64,000 bases of DNA from Pseudovirgaria hyperparasitica (taxonomy: Eukaryota). Position numbers and translations under genes: made by a program. The stretch lies in the NCBI GenBank assembly GCA_010093815.1, contig ML996565.1; one strand, 5' to 3'. The notes beneath the pieces were generated by a model, which was not told the DNA's origin, ran no database searches, and saw only the letters and a list, made by a program, of their open reading frames with translations. Below, piece after piece: positions 16,343 through 30,362 of this stretch (the stretch's first letter is position 1; the number at the start of each line of letters is the position of its first letter).

Positions 16343-17309
16343 GCATGTCTTGCACGGTTTCAATGGCGATGGCAGAATCATTTAGGAAGGGTTGGCATGC
16401 AGCGCTTGAGAGTCAATTGGTTGGACAGCAACTCATACGTGATTCGGCTTATAAGCAAAACTCGTCTGCAAACGGCGTTGGTACAGTTCATTTACCTTTC
16501 TTCTCTTCATGTACCTATAATACTTGCCTGTCCTTTTCGCTGGCTGATTGTCACACCTATCACGACGGGTCGCATCCGCATCTGCGAGAATTGCGAAAAG
16601 GCAATTTCATGTCTTGCTTGGTGTCTTAGAAGCGAGCGTTGCAATCTGTCGTTGGCATGAGGTATATATTAAACACTGATATTCCTCGTGCACGGATCAC
16701 TTCGGCTGTCTGAGTTCTAGCTACTGATTAGGACCGTTTGTACACGCTCTCAATCATGTGCTGGGCCGTGTAGAAACAGTCATCACGTAGCAGGTTATCA
16801 AATAGGAGTGCAGTAGTGGAGTCCAAATGCTCGTGCCCCCCTCGCCCGTGGGGCGCGGGAAGAAATTGTAATTACTTACTGAGTGGCAGCCAAGAAGCTC
16901 GACCATTCTGGCAAACCTTCAGTTACAGCTAGTGCTGCTCGTGGTGATGTATTCGTGTTTGTGATTGCCGAATTGCCATCCAGGTGGGAGGAAGGCCAGC
17001 CAGAGCGACTCAGAGGTCAGCGAGTGGTGGGCTGTGGGTGGGTGAGTGAGTGAGTAAGTGAGTTAAGTGCACTCTGAGTCCGAGATAGCGGCGGGTGAAC
17101 AAGCACCAGCATCCCCCTGCGACGGACAGAACAGTCAGACGTCGAACGCTGTTGGGCATGCCTTTCCGCAGCACTCTGATTCGCTGAAAGACACTCCTGC
17201 TGCTGCATTACGGCCCTCGACGTCCACATCCACATCCACGATCCTGTCACTCTGACCTCTTCTCTTTTGCTCTCGCTGGGCTTCTCTTCTTTCTCATCCT
17301 TCGCTCACC

Positions 17310-19416
17310 ATGAGCGAGGGCGAGCCCAACAGCCCGCACGACTACTTCAGTTTGCGCATCCCGCATCAACCCACAGAGGCCGCACTGGGTACGACGACTG
17401 CAACATCCACTTCCACATCATCGACGCGACCTCGAGCCACGCATGAGGACCCATTCACTCCGACCACCCGTCACGAGCTGGACTTTAGCAGTCCATCGCC
17501 AATTGCCTACGATACTCTCCCCGTCATCAGCCACTCGTCACACTCACGATCCCCCTCTGCTACAGGTCTACACCTCCAGACCGACCTGACCAGCCCCGCC
17601 GCCATCACTCCTCCAATCCCAAGTCCCTCTCTAGCGCACCACTCTTTCGACAACCACTACTCTACAAGTCTGGATCCCACAAGCGCTGGGAGTTGGAGTG
17701 GCATTCGCCGCGCCCTCTCCAACGCTTCAATGGCAAGTTCGCTGTCGCCTGGATCCGCATACTCGTCGCCGGCCTTGAATGCCTTGCTTGACATCACTCC
17801 TCTTCCCTCGCCGCTGATGTTGGGCGAATCTCCTGAGAAATATAAACGCGCTCGTCCTGAATCACAAGGGTCTCTCGCCTCCGCTAGCGATTTTCTGTCC
17901 ACGAATTCGATCGGGCGGTCCGCCAGCAAGAAGAAGTACCATGGTCTTATGCCTGCCGCCGTCGAAGCTGCCAGTGTACAGGCTGGTCGCCAAAGAGACG
18001 CAAGTCTGGGCCATACGAGAAATCGCAGCTTGAGCGAATACGTCCCTCCTCAGCTGACAAACAATATGCGGCCTCGAAACGTCACGCTGTCTGGCCATAA
18101 GCCGGAGGATACAGAAACTCCGGAGAAGCCACAAATGCACCGCGAGGAATATCTTGCCCACCAAAGAGGTCTGGCACCAACTTCACCCAAAAAAGTCTCC
18201 GCCGCAGACCTTCCCACCCCGCCGCCTAGCAATCGAAGTACAACTGAGAGCGAAGAGGAGGAAGCCAAGGACGATGGACCGTTGATTGAATATCTGTCGA
18301 TCCGGCATGGTCCGTCAAGACGTGTCAAGCTCTACAGACCAGTTCGCCCTCTCGGCCAAGGTACATTCAGCAAAGTAATACTTGCCACGTCCGAAAAGCA
18401 GGCTGCGAAGGGCCCTCTCGACGAGGCGACTCTTGATCCCAAACAGCTCGTAGCCATAAAGATCGCACAGAATGGGCCTGCTGGAGGCGCAGATGAGGAG
18501 CGCATTGGGCTCAGTCTTAAGCGTGAAATTGAAATGCTGCAGAGCATATCCCACCCGGCACTCATTCACCTCAAAGCATACGATCGGAACGAGTCGCAGA
18601 CGCTACTAGTCCTGACATATTGTCCTGGTGGCGACCTTTTCGATCTTGCCAGCTCGAACCGCGACATTCTCTCCCCTGCGCTCGTCCAGCGCATTTTCGC
18701 CGAGCTCGTTTCCGCAGTGTACTACTTACATACAGAGCTCATCGTGCACCGCGATATCAAGCTTGAAAGTAAGTCTTCCCTCTCTTCATTACAGCAGTTC
18801 TCTAACACGCTAATTAGACGTCCTCTGCAACATCACTGCTCCGGAACTCTCCTCTCTTCCCTCTCCAAGGACACATCCCACGCCCCTTATCACCCTCACT
18901 GATCTTGGTCTCTCCCGACGCATCCCTCTTCCGCCCGCCTCGCCACTTCTAGAAACCCGGTGTGGCTCTGAAGACTACGCTGCGCCCGAGATCCTGCTCG
19001 GCCAGCCTTACGACGGCCGCCAGACAGACGCATGGGCGCTCGGCGTTCTTCTATACTCCCTCATCGAAGGTCGGCTACCTTTTGATCCGCCTCCCGGCAA
19101 ACAGGGGAGAAGCAGAGGACGCACTGCGCATCGCGTCGCCCGATGCGAATGGGGCTGGTGGCGTTTCGGAGACGAGGACGGGGAGTGGGACGATACGAAT
19201 ACGGCTGGCATTGAATGGCTTGAGGCGAGGAGAGTTGTAGAGGGCCTGTTGAAGAAAGTGTCGAGAGGGCGATTAGGGCTAGATGCCGTCAAGGAGATGC
19301 AGTGGGTGAAAGACGGTATCCAGGTCGATGGTGGAATGAGGAGGAGAGAGGAAGACTTACTAAGTATCGATGACACCGTGGATATGGTTGCAAGAGGGGA
19401 TGGTGGGAGACGGTAG
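17310..19416 (+). CDS. Ser/Thr protein kinase (CAMK-like, Prr1-type) with a long disordered N-terminus
   Basis: LGQGTFSKV, VAIK, HRDIKLEN (intron 18769-18817), TDLGLS, CGSEDYAAPE and TDAWALG motifs; stop TAG at 19414-19416. Confidence 0.92.
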
Positions 19417-20316
19417 TCGCTAGTGAGGAAAGGAACTGGAAAGCAAAGGGCCTGATGAGCGACGTGAACGGATTGGTGGGGAGGCATTGGTATAATTATT
19501 CATATTGGGGTGTGCATTGCAGCAGCATGATTCATGCGCATGGTATAAAAGCGGAGTTTATATGCGATGCGATGCGATGCAAATCATGGATTGGGTGAAG
19601 CATTTGGGGGGCACTATATATTATCATCTGGGAAACATGGGGATGGGATTCTGGCGAAGGTTGAACGGGACGGCCCGCCTGTGGACTGGGGCCTGCTGTA
19701 GGTAGGTGGGCTGGGCGGCTTGGGCGGCTTTTGGGGAACTGCATGGATACAAATACGGGCGAACCCGCCAGGATCTCGCCAGAACGCGGAAGTTTAAATT
19801 TCCCGCCTTCAATCTACCTCATAGGTCTGGTATGGTCTGGTCTGGCTTGGTATGTTCTGTCTGTGCGATTGCAGACACGAGAGACTTGTGTGTAACAGGC
19901 ACGCGCTATTGTCAGTACTATTCTGGTCGTGTTTTGGATGTATGTTACCGGATTTGTTATTACTACTATTACTATGATTATCATCATGAATACTTACAAC
20001 ACTTTCGTGTCATAAGTTTTGAATTGAGAAATATATCACGTATCTACCCATGTTACTCGTGCTCTTTGGAGTTTAAATCTGTAGACGTCGTAGGGATGAT
20101 TGGATGTGGTCGTGAATGGTTGATTGAGTTGTGATTGAGACTGTTGGCTTTGTAGCTAATATATTTTGTCACTGACGCGGTCTTCTTGCTCATGACTTCT
20201 CCCTTTCCTGATAGCATGTGCAGTTCTATCGGCAATGTCCGATCGTTATGCAGATGGAAGCAAGCGCATGCATAGCGCTGATCCACCGACTTCCCATCTC
20301 CCGCAAGTTTGATACT

Positions 20317-21189
20317 TTATCTCAACTGCCCCAGAGGCACCCCGAAATTCGTGCTCCTCTTCGCCTTTAGCTTGACGCCCTCCATCATCTCCATCACCGG
20401 CACCCGCTCGCCCAACGGACTGAGCTCGTCATCTTCCGGCTCTTGAAACTCATCCCGATCCACATTCTCTCGCTCGTTGCTTCCCCTGCGTAGCGCGGCT
20501 ATCTCGAGTCCAAAATCGTTCGCGGGACCATTGTGCTGCGAGTGCATCTCATTCTCCTCTTCAGTCTTGACACGCACCAGTCTCTCCGTCACCAGGCCTA
20601 GGAAGTCAGGGTCTGAGGCAGTGAGCGGGCCCTCGATATGCGGGTCACCGTCGACATGCGGAAGAGGGCCAGGGTCGGACTCATGTGTGATCTCGGCGAG
20701 ACGGTGCGAGGCGTCGTACGAAGTAGAACGTTCGGCAAGAGGCTGCTTTGGCGCCGCGAGAGGCGTGGCAAAGGCAGATGCGGAGGGCGACAGGCCAACG
20801 GGCGCGATGGGTGTGTGACCAGCGTACAGACGGTTCTTGAGCGGCGGAGGGGAGAGATTTGTCGTGGGTGGGGGAGAGCGCGGTGAATCCGTGATGATGA
20901 ACGGCCCAGAGGTCATACGACGGAGAGGAAGGGGGCGGTCGTAAGGGGCACCGTCGGTGTACTGAGTGCTGGCGAGCTGCTCTGGGGTGTTGAGAGAGGT
21001 GCTTTTCATGGCAGATTTGAGAAAGTCACGCTCGTGCAGGAACTTGTCGAGCTTCTTTTGCTCATTGAGGAGCTGTAGCTTCAGCGAGTCGAGTTTGGTG
21101 CGCGTGTCTTTAATTTTCGAGTCCAGTTGAGCCAGAGCTTCTTCTGACGTAGGAGCTTCCTTTGGAAGACCATTCTGGATGGACGACAT
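20317..21189 (-). CDS. Hypothetical protein with an N-terminal coiled coil and C-terminal KAKRSTNFGVPLGQL motif
   Basis: 290-aa ORF with coding-like composition; the start could be any of several nearby ATGs. Confidence 0.75.
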   Translation of the reverse strand: MSSIQNGLPKEAPTSEEALAQLDSKIKDTRTKLDSLKLQLLNEQKKLDKFLHERDFLKSAMKSTSLNTPEQLASTQYTDGAPYDRPLPLRRMTSGPFIITDSPRSPPPTTNLSPPPLKNRLYAGHTPIAPVGLSPSASAFATPLAAPKQPLAERSTSYDASHRLAEITHESDPGPLPHVDGDPHIEGPLTASDPDFLGLVTERLVRVKTEEENEMHSQHNGPANDFGLEIAALRRGSNERENVDRDEFQEPEDDELSPLGERVPVMEMMEGVKLKAKRSTNFGVPLGQLR

Positions 21190-21778
21190 GGTTGCGTGAT
21201 GCATGGAGATGATGAGACAGTTGGTTTTCCAATGGAATAGTTGTTGCAATCTTCAAGTCCCAGATAGACACTTGCGAGAAAATGTTGATGTGGATAGAAG
21301 AAGCTGAAGCTGCAAGGAACGAAGGACGCAATGCGCGAAAACAAACACGTCGCTAAGTAACTGTACTGAGCTGTACAGTGACGTTTACCTCGATTTAAGG
21401 AGCAGGAGGGCGGAAGCACAGATCGCCGAGACGCGGGCCCAGACGGGGAAAAAGCCGGGGCACGCGATTCAGGAACCGGCTGCGTCGGTTCCTGCAGCGG
21501 CACCCCGAACCGCCCAGTTGACGTAACGCTAGGAATTCACTCCGACACTCGTCCACACTGGGATATCCCTGTTGGTGAGAAGACTTCCGTGATTATTGTG
21601 GGACTGGTAGCTTGTTTACATTTGGTAGAGGTACATCTAAGCAAACTTCTTTCCCACGCTTCAACGAACCAATCTATCTCGCGCGCTGGGCGCGCTCTAC
21701 GGGGTCCCAATACCGAAGCTGGCATGAATGAGTACACCATCTCCACTCTGTACTCAGAAGGGGAATCTTGATATCAAG

Positions 21779-22888
21779 ATGTCTCACGAGAGCTCAATCG
21801 TCTCCTCAATCCTCACATCCACAGTCTCCGGCGTTGTCTCAGGTCTGTCGCCCGCAGCCAACCTCCAACATGGCTTCCTCCGCCTCCCTGGAAAGGAGTC
21901 AGCCAAGCTAGCATACACATTTTGTAAAAGTCCAAGCAACGACCCCGTAGCAACTCTTATCGTATTCGTCAACGGTCTTATGCTCCCTCGCTCACCATGG
22001 GAAGCTGTGATGCATCATTTTTATGGCGAATGCTTAGACGCAGCCGTCCCATGCCCCCCAATGCTATCATATGACCGCTATGGCCAAGGAGATTCGGAGC
22101 AAGATCCTAAGGATGCTACATCTGAGAAAGAGGAAGGATATGGACATGATGTAATGGATGCAGTAGACGATCTCCACGGTATTCTGCTACACCTCGGCAC
22201 GGACAAGTTCGGCCATATCAAGCTGGGCACATCGAAGCTGATACTGGTATGCAACTCGATCGGCTGTGCCATAGCTCGACTATTCGCCCAAAGGTATCCA
22301 AGCACTGTCTGTGGTCTACTGTTCTTGGACTCGATCATCGCAAACTCGGATCTTGTGTCGTTCATACCAGATCCGGACGCACCGAACTTCAAAAAGGGGG
22401 AACTGCCGGACGGAGTCACCCTTGAGATGCTGCGTGAGACGCGAAAGAAGTTTATGAAGATCTTCCACCCCAGTGTGAAGAATGCAGAGGGTCTGGATCG
22501 CAGAAGTCTGCCCAGTCTACTACCTAGTGCGCATGGCCCGAAACTCGTGGGTTTGAAAGGAAATAGGCCGTTCTTAACGGTCGTAGGTCATGACCCTGAG
22601 AAATTCGCGGAGGATGGAGAGACTGTAAGTTCGGCGTAGTCATGTGTGTCTGTCTTGGCTGACTTGTCACAGGGTTCTTTGGAAATACCCAGAGCAATCA
22701 CGACGAATTACCACAATCCTTTCTGGGCGAAGTATAACCAGGACCTCGTACATATCACAGACTCTGCGGCTGCCAAGGGGCCGATCACTGCGGAGCTATG
22801 TGGTCATTTCATCCAGCGAGATGACCCAGTACAGGTTGCAAGGCTACTTTTTAGATTGGTGTCGTCTGTTCGAGAGCATGGCTGGTGA
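21779..22888 (+). CDS. Alpha/beta-fold hydrolase
   Basis: VFVNGL, SYDRYGQGDS, nucleophile elbow CNSIG, LLFLDS and C-terminal CGHFIQ; intron 22625-22672; alternative ATG at 21728. Confidence 0.9.
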
Positions 22889-24959
22889 GCGAGATGGATT
22901 TTGGTCAGATTAAATCTATGGTCTTTAGCTGAAGTGATCTGCATTTTCTTATGATCTATGTTAGTATGTAAACTAGAGTAAAAAGCCATGGTACAAACAT
23001 CATCTCGTCCCAAGTATCTCTATATATGACCCCGTTCATACATCTGCTACCTTTGTCACCAATCCGTCCAGTTAGCATATGACTCATGAAGCACACTGCC
23101 ACACCAGTTATATCGGGCTGATTGAAACCAATATCACGGCAATTTCACTGTATGCAATTCCGCATCATGGTCTTTCTACAACCCGAGTCCTCGTCGTCGA
23201 TTGAGCAGCTGCACCATACGAGCGACGCGACAATACATCTGTCAATGTTTTCTAGATCTTGCATCTCCCTGAATCCTGGTTTATCTAGTACTATAGTACC
23301 CTAGTTGTCCAAGGGAAAGTTTATCAGCCTTGTTTTGGCATGACACACATAGCTCCGGTGTCGTCAACTTGATCAGTGGTCAGTGACGAGACATGGATGT
23401 CGTAATATTGGACATGTCCAAGTGCAGACTTCACACGATGGGGCCATACTAATACCATGTCAGGCTCAGTAATTCCTGCGGTCTGTTGGGGTAGAAGAAA
23501 TGCCGCCTACGCCGCCTATGCTGTGCCTCACTGCTGCTGCAACCACGGCCAATCAACGCTGTACTTCAGTAAAATTCCAACTGTTGTTCGCTGAATGCAG
23601 AACGATCTCAGGAACCACGATAATTCCAGAACAATCTCCTAGGCCGGTAAGTTGCTCGGTAATTTGCTTGACTTGGTGGACTTGCAATACGTCTTGCCTT
23701 GCTGCTGTGATCACCTCAGCATGGAAGATTCGATAACGTATGGACAAGTCTTTTCCACAAGGAATCCTCTATGGTCAGATGACTCAAATATGTGCATTCC
23801 TTGCGACAAACCTTGCTGGTAAGGCATGTATGCCTGTGTGATGGATGTCAGCCCTAGGCTGCCATTAATTGTGGGCAAGAAGTGTCGCATCCCTGCCTGC
23901 GCATGCATACAACGTGCCATGTCACAGTAAGGCTATACGCAGAGCCTCCACTGCCCGTTTTGTCCATGTCCCTCCAAAATTAAGCTCGTGCATAGGAGAT
24001 ATGATCCTACATTTCGGAAAATTGCCCCCGTTCCAAGGCTGTTTACATATTCTTCGTTGCAGCGTATCAGCATGTCAACCCCGACCCAGACGCTCTGTCA
24101 CTTGGGATGGAGATCCTTCTCGAGGTCGAGTTGGGGTCTGAGAAACTTAGAGATGTTCTTGCTCCTACGTAGGTGCCTCTTCCATGTAGTCTTCTGTATT
24201 CAGGGAGACTATGTTGAGGGGAGCCTTCATCGGGCCTCATGTAGTGCTCTTGGCCAGGCTATTGTATGGACTCTTTTTGAGGAGACAGATATGTAGGTTA
24301 TGTCGGCCAGATTCGTTCGTCATGTAGGCCCATTATTCTGAGACCAATCATGCGTTAGGCAGATGGCGTTATCTAAGGAAGGTTTCAGCAAGCTGAAGGT
24401 GACTGTCTATCATCAGGCCCCTTTTTCTACCGGGAAGACCGTATCAAGGGTTTGGTACAACCATTGTGAAGCCCACCTTGTTACATAAAACCCTTCATAT
24501 TATCAAAATACTGTGTCTACTAAACTCTCTGAGAATTAGGTGTCACCGTGTAAGTATCATAGCTCTACATATTCAGCAATGCAGGACGCACCACATCATA
24601 ATGATTGACATTAAGGGAAAAGCAGTAGTTTCAAGACTAAATCTTTCGCGCTAGCTAGAATAAATTGAATTCCAATGAATATGGGAGTCGAGCTCGCGAC
24701 GACTTCGACTTTAGGATGAATGAATATGTTGAGCGGGTTGTAAGCAGTAGACGCTCACTAGTCATAATATTGTACTTTGCTTCATAGGACATTCAAGACG
24801 GACAAGAGAACAAGAAATTAAGTTTCGGCATTATGTTGTGGGAAATTTATTAATACTTAATACTTAATGAAAGTATCTTGAATGATTGACTTCCAGTGGC
24901 TGACCTCCAACATACTCGCTAAATGCATATCATTTTTGGTTGCTGACAGTACAATGAAC

Positions 24960-26287
24960 TCAAGGATCGGTGTAACCAGGGAATTGCTTCAACAAGTCGG
25001 TATTAAGGCTTTTCAGTTGTGGGCAAGTCAGGCCGACGATCATGTCAGAAAGCATGTCCAGGACCGGATTCAACAAGTCGCCCAATAGGTTCTCGAGTTT
25101 GGAGAGCTCATCAACATTCGCGGCCGTTGCCGCTTGGACGAGGAAGCACATGAGGTTGTTTCCTTCAAGCAGAGTGGCAGCGTTGAACACACCGCCCGTC
25201 AAGTCACCAACATTGACTCCAGTGAACGTGTTTGGCTTGCCTGTGTTCCCTCCGATTGCAAGGAGATCACCGTAGTTGATGGCACCAGCAACGAGATCGA
25301 GACCGACGTCGACAATATTGTAGCGATCCAGACCACCAGGGCGTTTGTACCAGTTCTCAGGAATTCGCTCTTGTCCTCGGTGGTGGACATAGTTGGTATC
25401 ATCACCCTCTACTGCAAAGAACGAGCGCAAGACCTCCTTGCTCAGGAAGCCACCCGGCTGCTCAGCTGAGTGGTTGGACATGAAGTTGACGACGAAGTTG
25501 TGAGCAGCTATAGGTTGTTAGTATAAGCTATCGAGGTTTTTTGACGAAACAAGGTAGATCGCAGTGTGCTGCAGTACGTACCTGGCGTGACTAATCCAGA
25601 GAACGGTCCCGCGAAGTAATAGCCATTGTTGTTGAGAGAATACTCGTGCATAACCTGGTTATGGTCATTGACCAAATCGAGGGTAAGGTCGTTCCCTTCT
25701 CCAATTGTTTTCATGAGATTGTCCCACGAGCGCTTTTGGAAAACACCGACATTGCCGTTATTAAGGTATGCATCTCCTCTTACAATTGATGCGTCACCCT
25801 CGTACTTGTTGTGGGTGCCCAGCAGGCCCTGTGGTTCACCAAGAAGGAGAGGGAGGGAAGCAGGGAAAGCACCACCAATGGACCATGTCAGCGTCGGAAT
25901 GTCTCCTGATAGCAGGATTGATATGGCAGACAGTCCGATGGCAAGCTCAGGGCTCATATTATACGCTTCCTCGAGACCCTTCGATGTCTGTAGGGGAGTT
26001 GTCCGTCCGTTTCGCGGTAGAAATCCATGGTTCGCCGCAGCATTAAGTCCAGGGCATTGTCCGCGCAAGTCGTTTGGGCCTGGTGGTAGGAACTCATGGC
26101 CACTGCCGTCAGAAACGTCGACGTACTGATCAGCAGCATCGAATGAAGGAAAGGGATGGCCAACACCAGTGTTGAGACGACCAGTTGTGCGAGCTCTCAT
26201 CAACTTGTCGTTAATCTCCATGACTGTTGGCCATGATAGCACCGTGGGCACTAGCCCAGCGAGGGCAAGAATGTTCTTCGACAACAT
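24960..26287 (-). CDS. Secreted heme-thiolate peroxidase / unspecific peroxygenase (long type)
   Basis: Signal peptide MLSKNILALAGLVPTVLS; heme-ligand motif RGQCPGLNAAANHGFLP; EGDASIVRGD acid-base motif; GQERIPENWYKR; intron 25508-25581. Confidence 0.93.
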
Positions 26288-27493
26288 GATTCTTTGTTTG
26301 CTGAGTTTGCGTGTCGACCTTTCCAGAAACAAGATAAGAGAGCTGGCTTTATATACAACCGTAGAGTCCGGTCAACCACGCCTCTGACGATAGCGGCATC
26401 GTGGACGAGATCCCTGATCTTTATTCCCGGTCTCTTGACAAGTTCAAGACCGTCGGTATACTAGTAGACCCCAGTGATGTGGAGCAGGGGCCCAAGTATG
26501 ATGATCTTTGTGTCGATGCACATTTGCTAGATTGGGTAATTACAAAGGGCAAAATGTCATTGGCACGCTATGTGGACAAGGGCGGACATAAGGCTTGTGG
26601 GGATCTGGGGTATCCCATTCCGTCCCGGGTCCGCGTCTCAATTGGTCATATGTTGGCAGTGAATGATGATACCCCGCGCTGAGCCAACACGACGCAGTGG
26701 GAGATTAGTATTCTGTATGTGTATCCTGTTACCAGAGTTTTGGTGCATCGACCTCTCCTGACTCGAAAAATGGGACGAACTTCTGGCTAGCCCTACCACT
26801 CTAGTCTATTATGGCAATGATTATCCCAGGCGCTGTACCATATCCTGCATACGGGCGACACCTTTTTACATTTCGTCAGGGGTGCTAACCGATCAAGCCT
26901 CTGTTTACCGAACAGATCAATAACTCATCTTCTATTATGCATCACGCAATGGTAAAGTAATTTCAGCCGCTTGGCGCAAGCCAACACATCGACTAAGCCG
27001 AACGTCCTTAGAGTGCGAATATTGTAAACTTGCTACAAGGCCTCAATTACGTATCGTGAACTGGTGTAGCTGTAGCCGAAGATGCTAATGGATCTGAAGG
27101 GAGGCGTCGCGCCTCCCACGGAAAACTCTCGAAGCTCTCATCCAGAATTGGATTTCAGCTTGCCCGTTACCGAGGGCGCCATGGTATTCCCGGCTTAGTG
27201 TCATTCAAACTTTAGGGTGTCACTGTACGTGCATCCTGATGGCACGAGGCGCTCACAGGAGCGTGTACTACTACAGCATGTTAAGAGGCGCGTGGCGCAC
27301 GCGCTCCATTCTTGATGCTCAATACGTGACCCATGTGATATTAAAGTTGACTTCTATATACAGACATGTGGATACTCCACAAACCCCGGTATTCGTTCTC
27401 GGTCCATGCAGATAACGGACTCCTCTTCGCCTTGCGTTATTCCCACCTCACCTAACAACCTGGAACCCTGCAACAGCTTGCAGATCCTTCTCT

Positions 27494-28222
27494 TCAGACT
27501 ACTGAATTCGAACTCCACCCGATCAACACCCTCGGGTCCTTCTCAGGCACTTTCTCCCAGTCGAACGTCAAGAATGGCGTCGCCCCACCGGTGCCTTTCC
27601 TGTCAGCGAACAAGACGTTTCGAAACTCGGCTGTCGAATCGAACGCAATGTCGCCACCACTCGCGCTAAGTAAGACCCCGTTCTCGAGCGACGCGAAGGC
27701 GAGGAAGTAGTGGATACAGCTTCATTAGCCGTTAGCAATGTTCAGACATGTAAGTGGTGTGCGAATGGAATGCCGTTACAGAGAGCTAATATCAGGAAGT
27801 GAAAAAGGAGATACATACAATGCAATAACAAGCGGCACAACGCCCCAACGGGCCCACACTTCGAACCTTGGGTCCAAGCTTTTATGCAACATGCTCTCAG
27901 CACGCATAATGAACCAACCTGCAACTGCCGTGAGCAACAATACCGAGCCCATTATGACGTCGAGAGCAAGCACGAGAGCCGCATCAACAGAGCTGTTCTT
28001 CCGCTGCGAACGATGCGATTTGTACACAACGTAAGCGCTGACTAGGCTTGACGCAGCGAGAGGCGCGCATAAAAGTAGACAGAGGTGTGCTTGTATTGTG
28101 TTCTGGGTGAACGAGAAAGAGTGGGTGCGCGCTGAGAGTGTGCTGATAGTGAAGATGGATGGTGGCGAGAGAAAGACGAGGACGTAGCGAAGGAAGAGGG
28201 TTTGGCGAGCGGAATGAGACAT
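27494..28222 (-). CDS. Hypothetical membrane protein, about 4 TM helices
   Basis: Four hydrophobic segments; intron 27818-27720 (GTATGT...CTAAT...AAG) continues the frame to TGA at 27496-27494. Confidence 0.65.
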
Positions 28223-29415
28223 GCTTAGATGTGGATGCAGTTATCAGTTGGGTGTATGTATTGTGCTCCTAGTGGAAATAGGATGTAAAGAGAGAGGATT
28301 GATGTGAGTGATATGGTGTTAATTAAGCAAGAAGAACAATGCTCAGAAGGAGAATGAGACTAAAAGAATGGTCAAAAACAGAGTGGCTAAGGAATGACTT
28401 GTCTTCGGGAGAAACGACTGTGTTGGAGGGACAACTTGAGGTTGGCGATAATACCAGCAACCAGCAACCAGCAGGTCTACGGGGGATATATAGATACAAC
28501 GTTGCCCTCCCATTGAGCATATCGTAGCCCGCAGATGTACCAGCCTCCCCACGAGGCTAGTCCCATAACCAGCATTGCTGGTGCGATTATCCACAAGTCC
28601 GCGATAGGGAGTAAAGCACCGCAATGAAAGGGTCGTCGGGGATATATATCGTTGGTCGTGAAGTGTGGCGCGGGTGGTCCTGTTATGGCTGGATGTGTGT
28701 CGTTAAATGGCCGATTGTTTCGGACTTCCTAACGCGTGACGCTACGCAGCATGCAGGAAGTGGGAGTCCGCAGGCACGGCTCGGATACGTACATAGAGGG
28801 GCTCGCTGTCGACCTTTTGCCCAGATAATCGACTACATCATGGTATCGTTTGCGTGCTTGGCCGTAGGTCAGGGGTACTACGTAACCGCAAATCGTGTAT
28901 CCTATAGCGCTTGATGCACCGGGTTCACGCTCTATCGACCGAAGATAGGAGGCATCACACACATGGGGACATCGTCAGTTCACGGAGTTGCCATAACTCA
29001 CTGACCGTACGACGAACAATGGGCTATACGATGTCAGCCTCGCTCGTTCTTTAGCTTGCACAATTGATGAGTCCTAGAAGCGAGTCAGCAACAATGTCAG
29101 CCCATCGTAGACACCATCTTATGCAGAACATAGCATGTCGTTCCATGCGTCCAGAGGTATATGAACAAATCATCATGTTCTGGCAACTATAAAGACATTA
29201 TATCTAAAACAAGCAGAATCGATATGTCGCGTCCGCTGCACGCGAGACGTAGACGACAATAATGAGTACCTTGATGCCTTAATGCCTAGTCGATCTTGGC
29301 AGTAGATGCCTGAGCGTTTTGCGACACGACTGGCTTTCACCTCTCCACCAAGCATGTAATTATCAGACAGATTATATATCGCATGTTTACAGTAGGACCT
29401 GCAATACCATCAAAA

Positions 29416-30231
29416 ATGACCGAGACGACCAAGGTATTGACTCAGAAAAGTAGAGGAGGACGGCAGACGTTTAAGACCGATCTTCCTGCTGGCGCAAGTC
29501 TATGGCCTACGATTAATTCTCAAGACACAAATTTGATGTTGGAGATGCTATTACGGTAAGCAAACATGACTTATGGTTAAGTCCGCGGGTTTCAGTAGTG
29601 TAGAGATGCGCTGCTTTGTTCCTAGCGACCATCATTCCAGCTCCGTCAGTTAACAACACAAAGCCTACTTCAACCTATTGGTCACCATCGATCGATCAAT
29701 CCACCGCCGTCGTCGGTCAAGCGGAATCGGAAACGTAAGCGTCTTTCGCCTTCATCTGAGCTTAATCCTTCGTCAAGGACGGGATCAAGCTCACCTGAGA
29801 TCTCACGACACGTCGTAGTTGGAATCAATAGCATCAATCGCCGTCTTGAGCAGCAAGCCCAGCATCGAAAAGCTGAACCAGATCAAAGATCTGACGAGAG
29901 TCCCGCAAACATCTGCCTCATCTTTGTACCATCATCCCCATCCACGAAGATACCGGTCCAATTTCAGCATCTACCTGTGTTGGCTCGCACGGCCGCAGAT
30001 GCCCCAGCACTGCTCATCCCATTGCCATTAGCCGCCGAGAAGGACCTTGCGAAAGCTTTAAGAATCGCACGGGTGTCGGCTGTCAGCATCTGCGAAAATG
30101 CACCGAGTGCTGAGGTTCTGATTGAATTTTGCAAGAAACAAGTCAAGCCTGTGAATGTGCCGTGGCTTGAGCTGGCACTTGATGGGGCTATAAAGTGGAA
30201 GGGTACGCAAATTCTGATTGAGGAAACATGA
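29416..30231 (+). CDS. POP3: RNase P/MRP subunit Pop3-like protein
   Basis: WPTINSQD..LEMLL / LLQPIGHHR, basic KRNRKRKR, VVGINSINRRLE, LAKALRIARVSAV and VPWL, matching my recollection of fungal Pop3; intron 29556-29663. Confidence 0.75.
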
Positions 30232-30362
30232 GCTACTTCGTGAATCAGGTCACGATGCTATCATGGTCCCCTTAATGACTCTGCATACTATCATACCAAA
30301 GCTAAACTTCCCGAATCCCATAAATGTATGTACAAACAATGCTCGAGCCCGATAGCAGCTGA

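Noticed and set aside
22900..24950. Short ORFs in the 2-kb spacer between the hydrolase and the peroxygenase
   Set aside because: No coherent spliced model, motif or repeat structure found.
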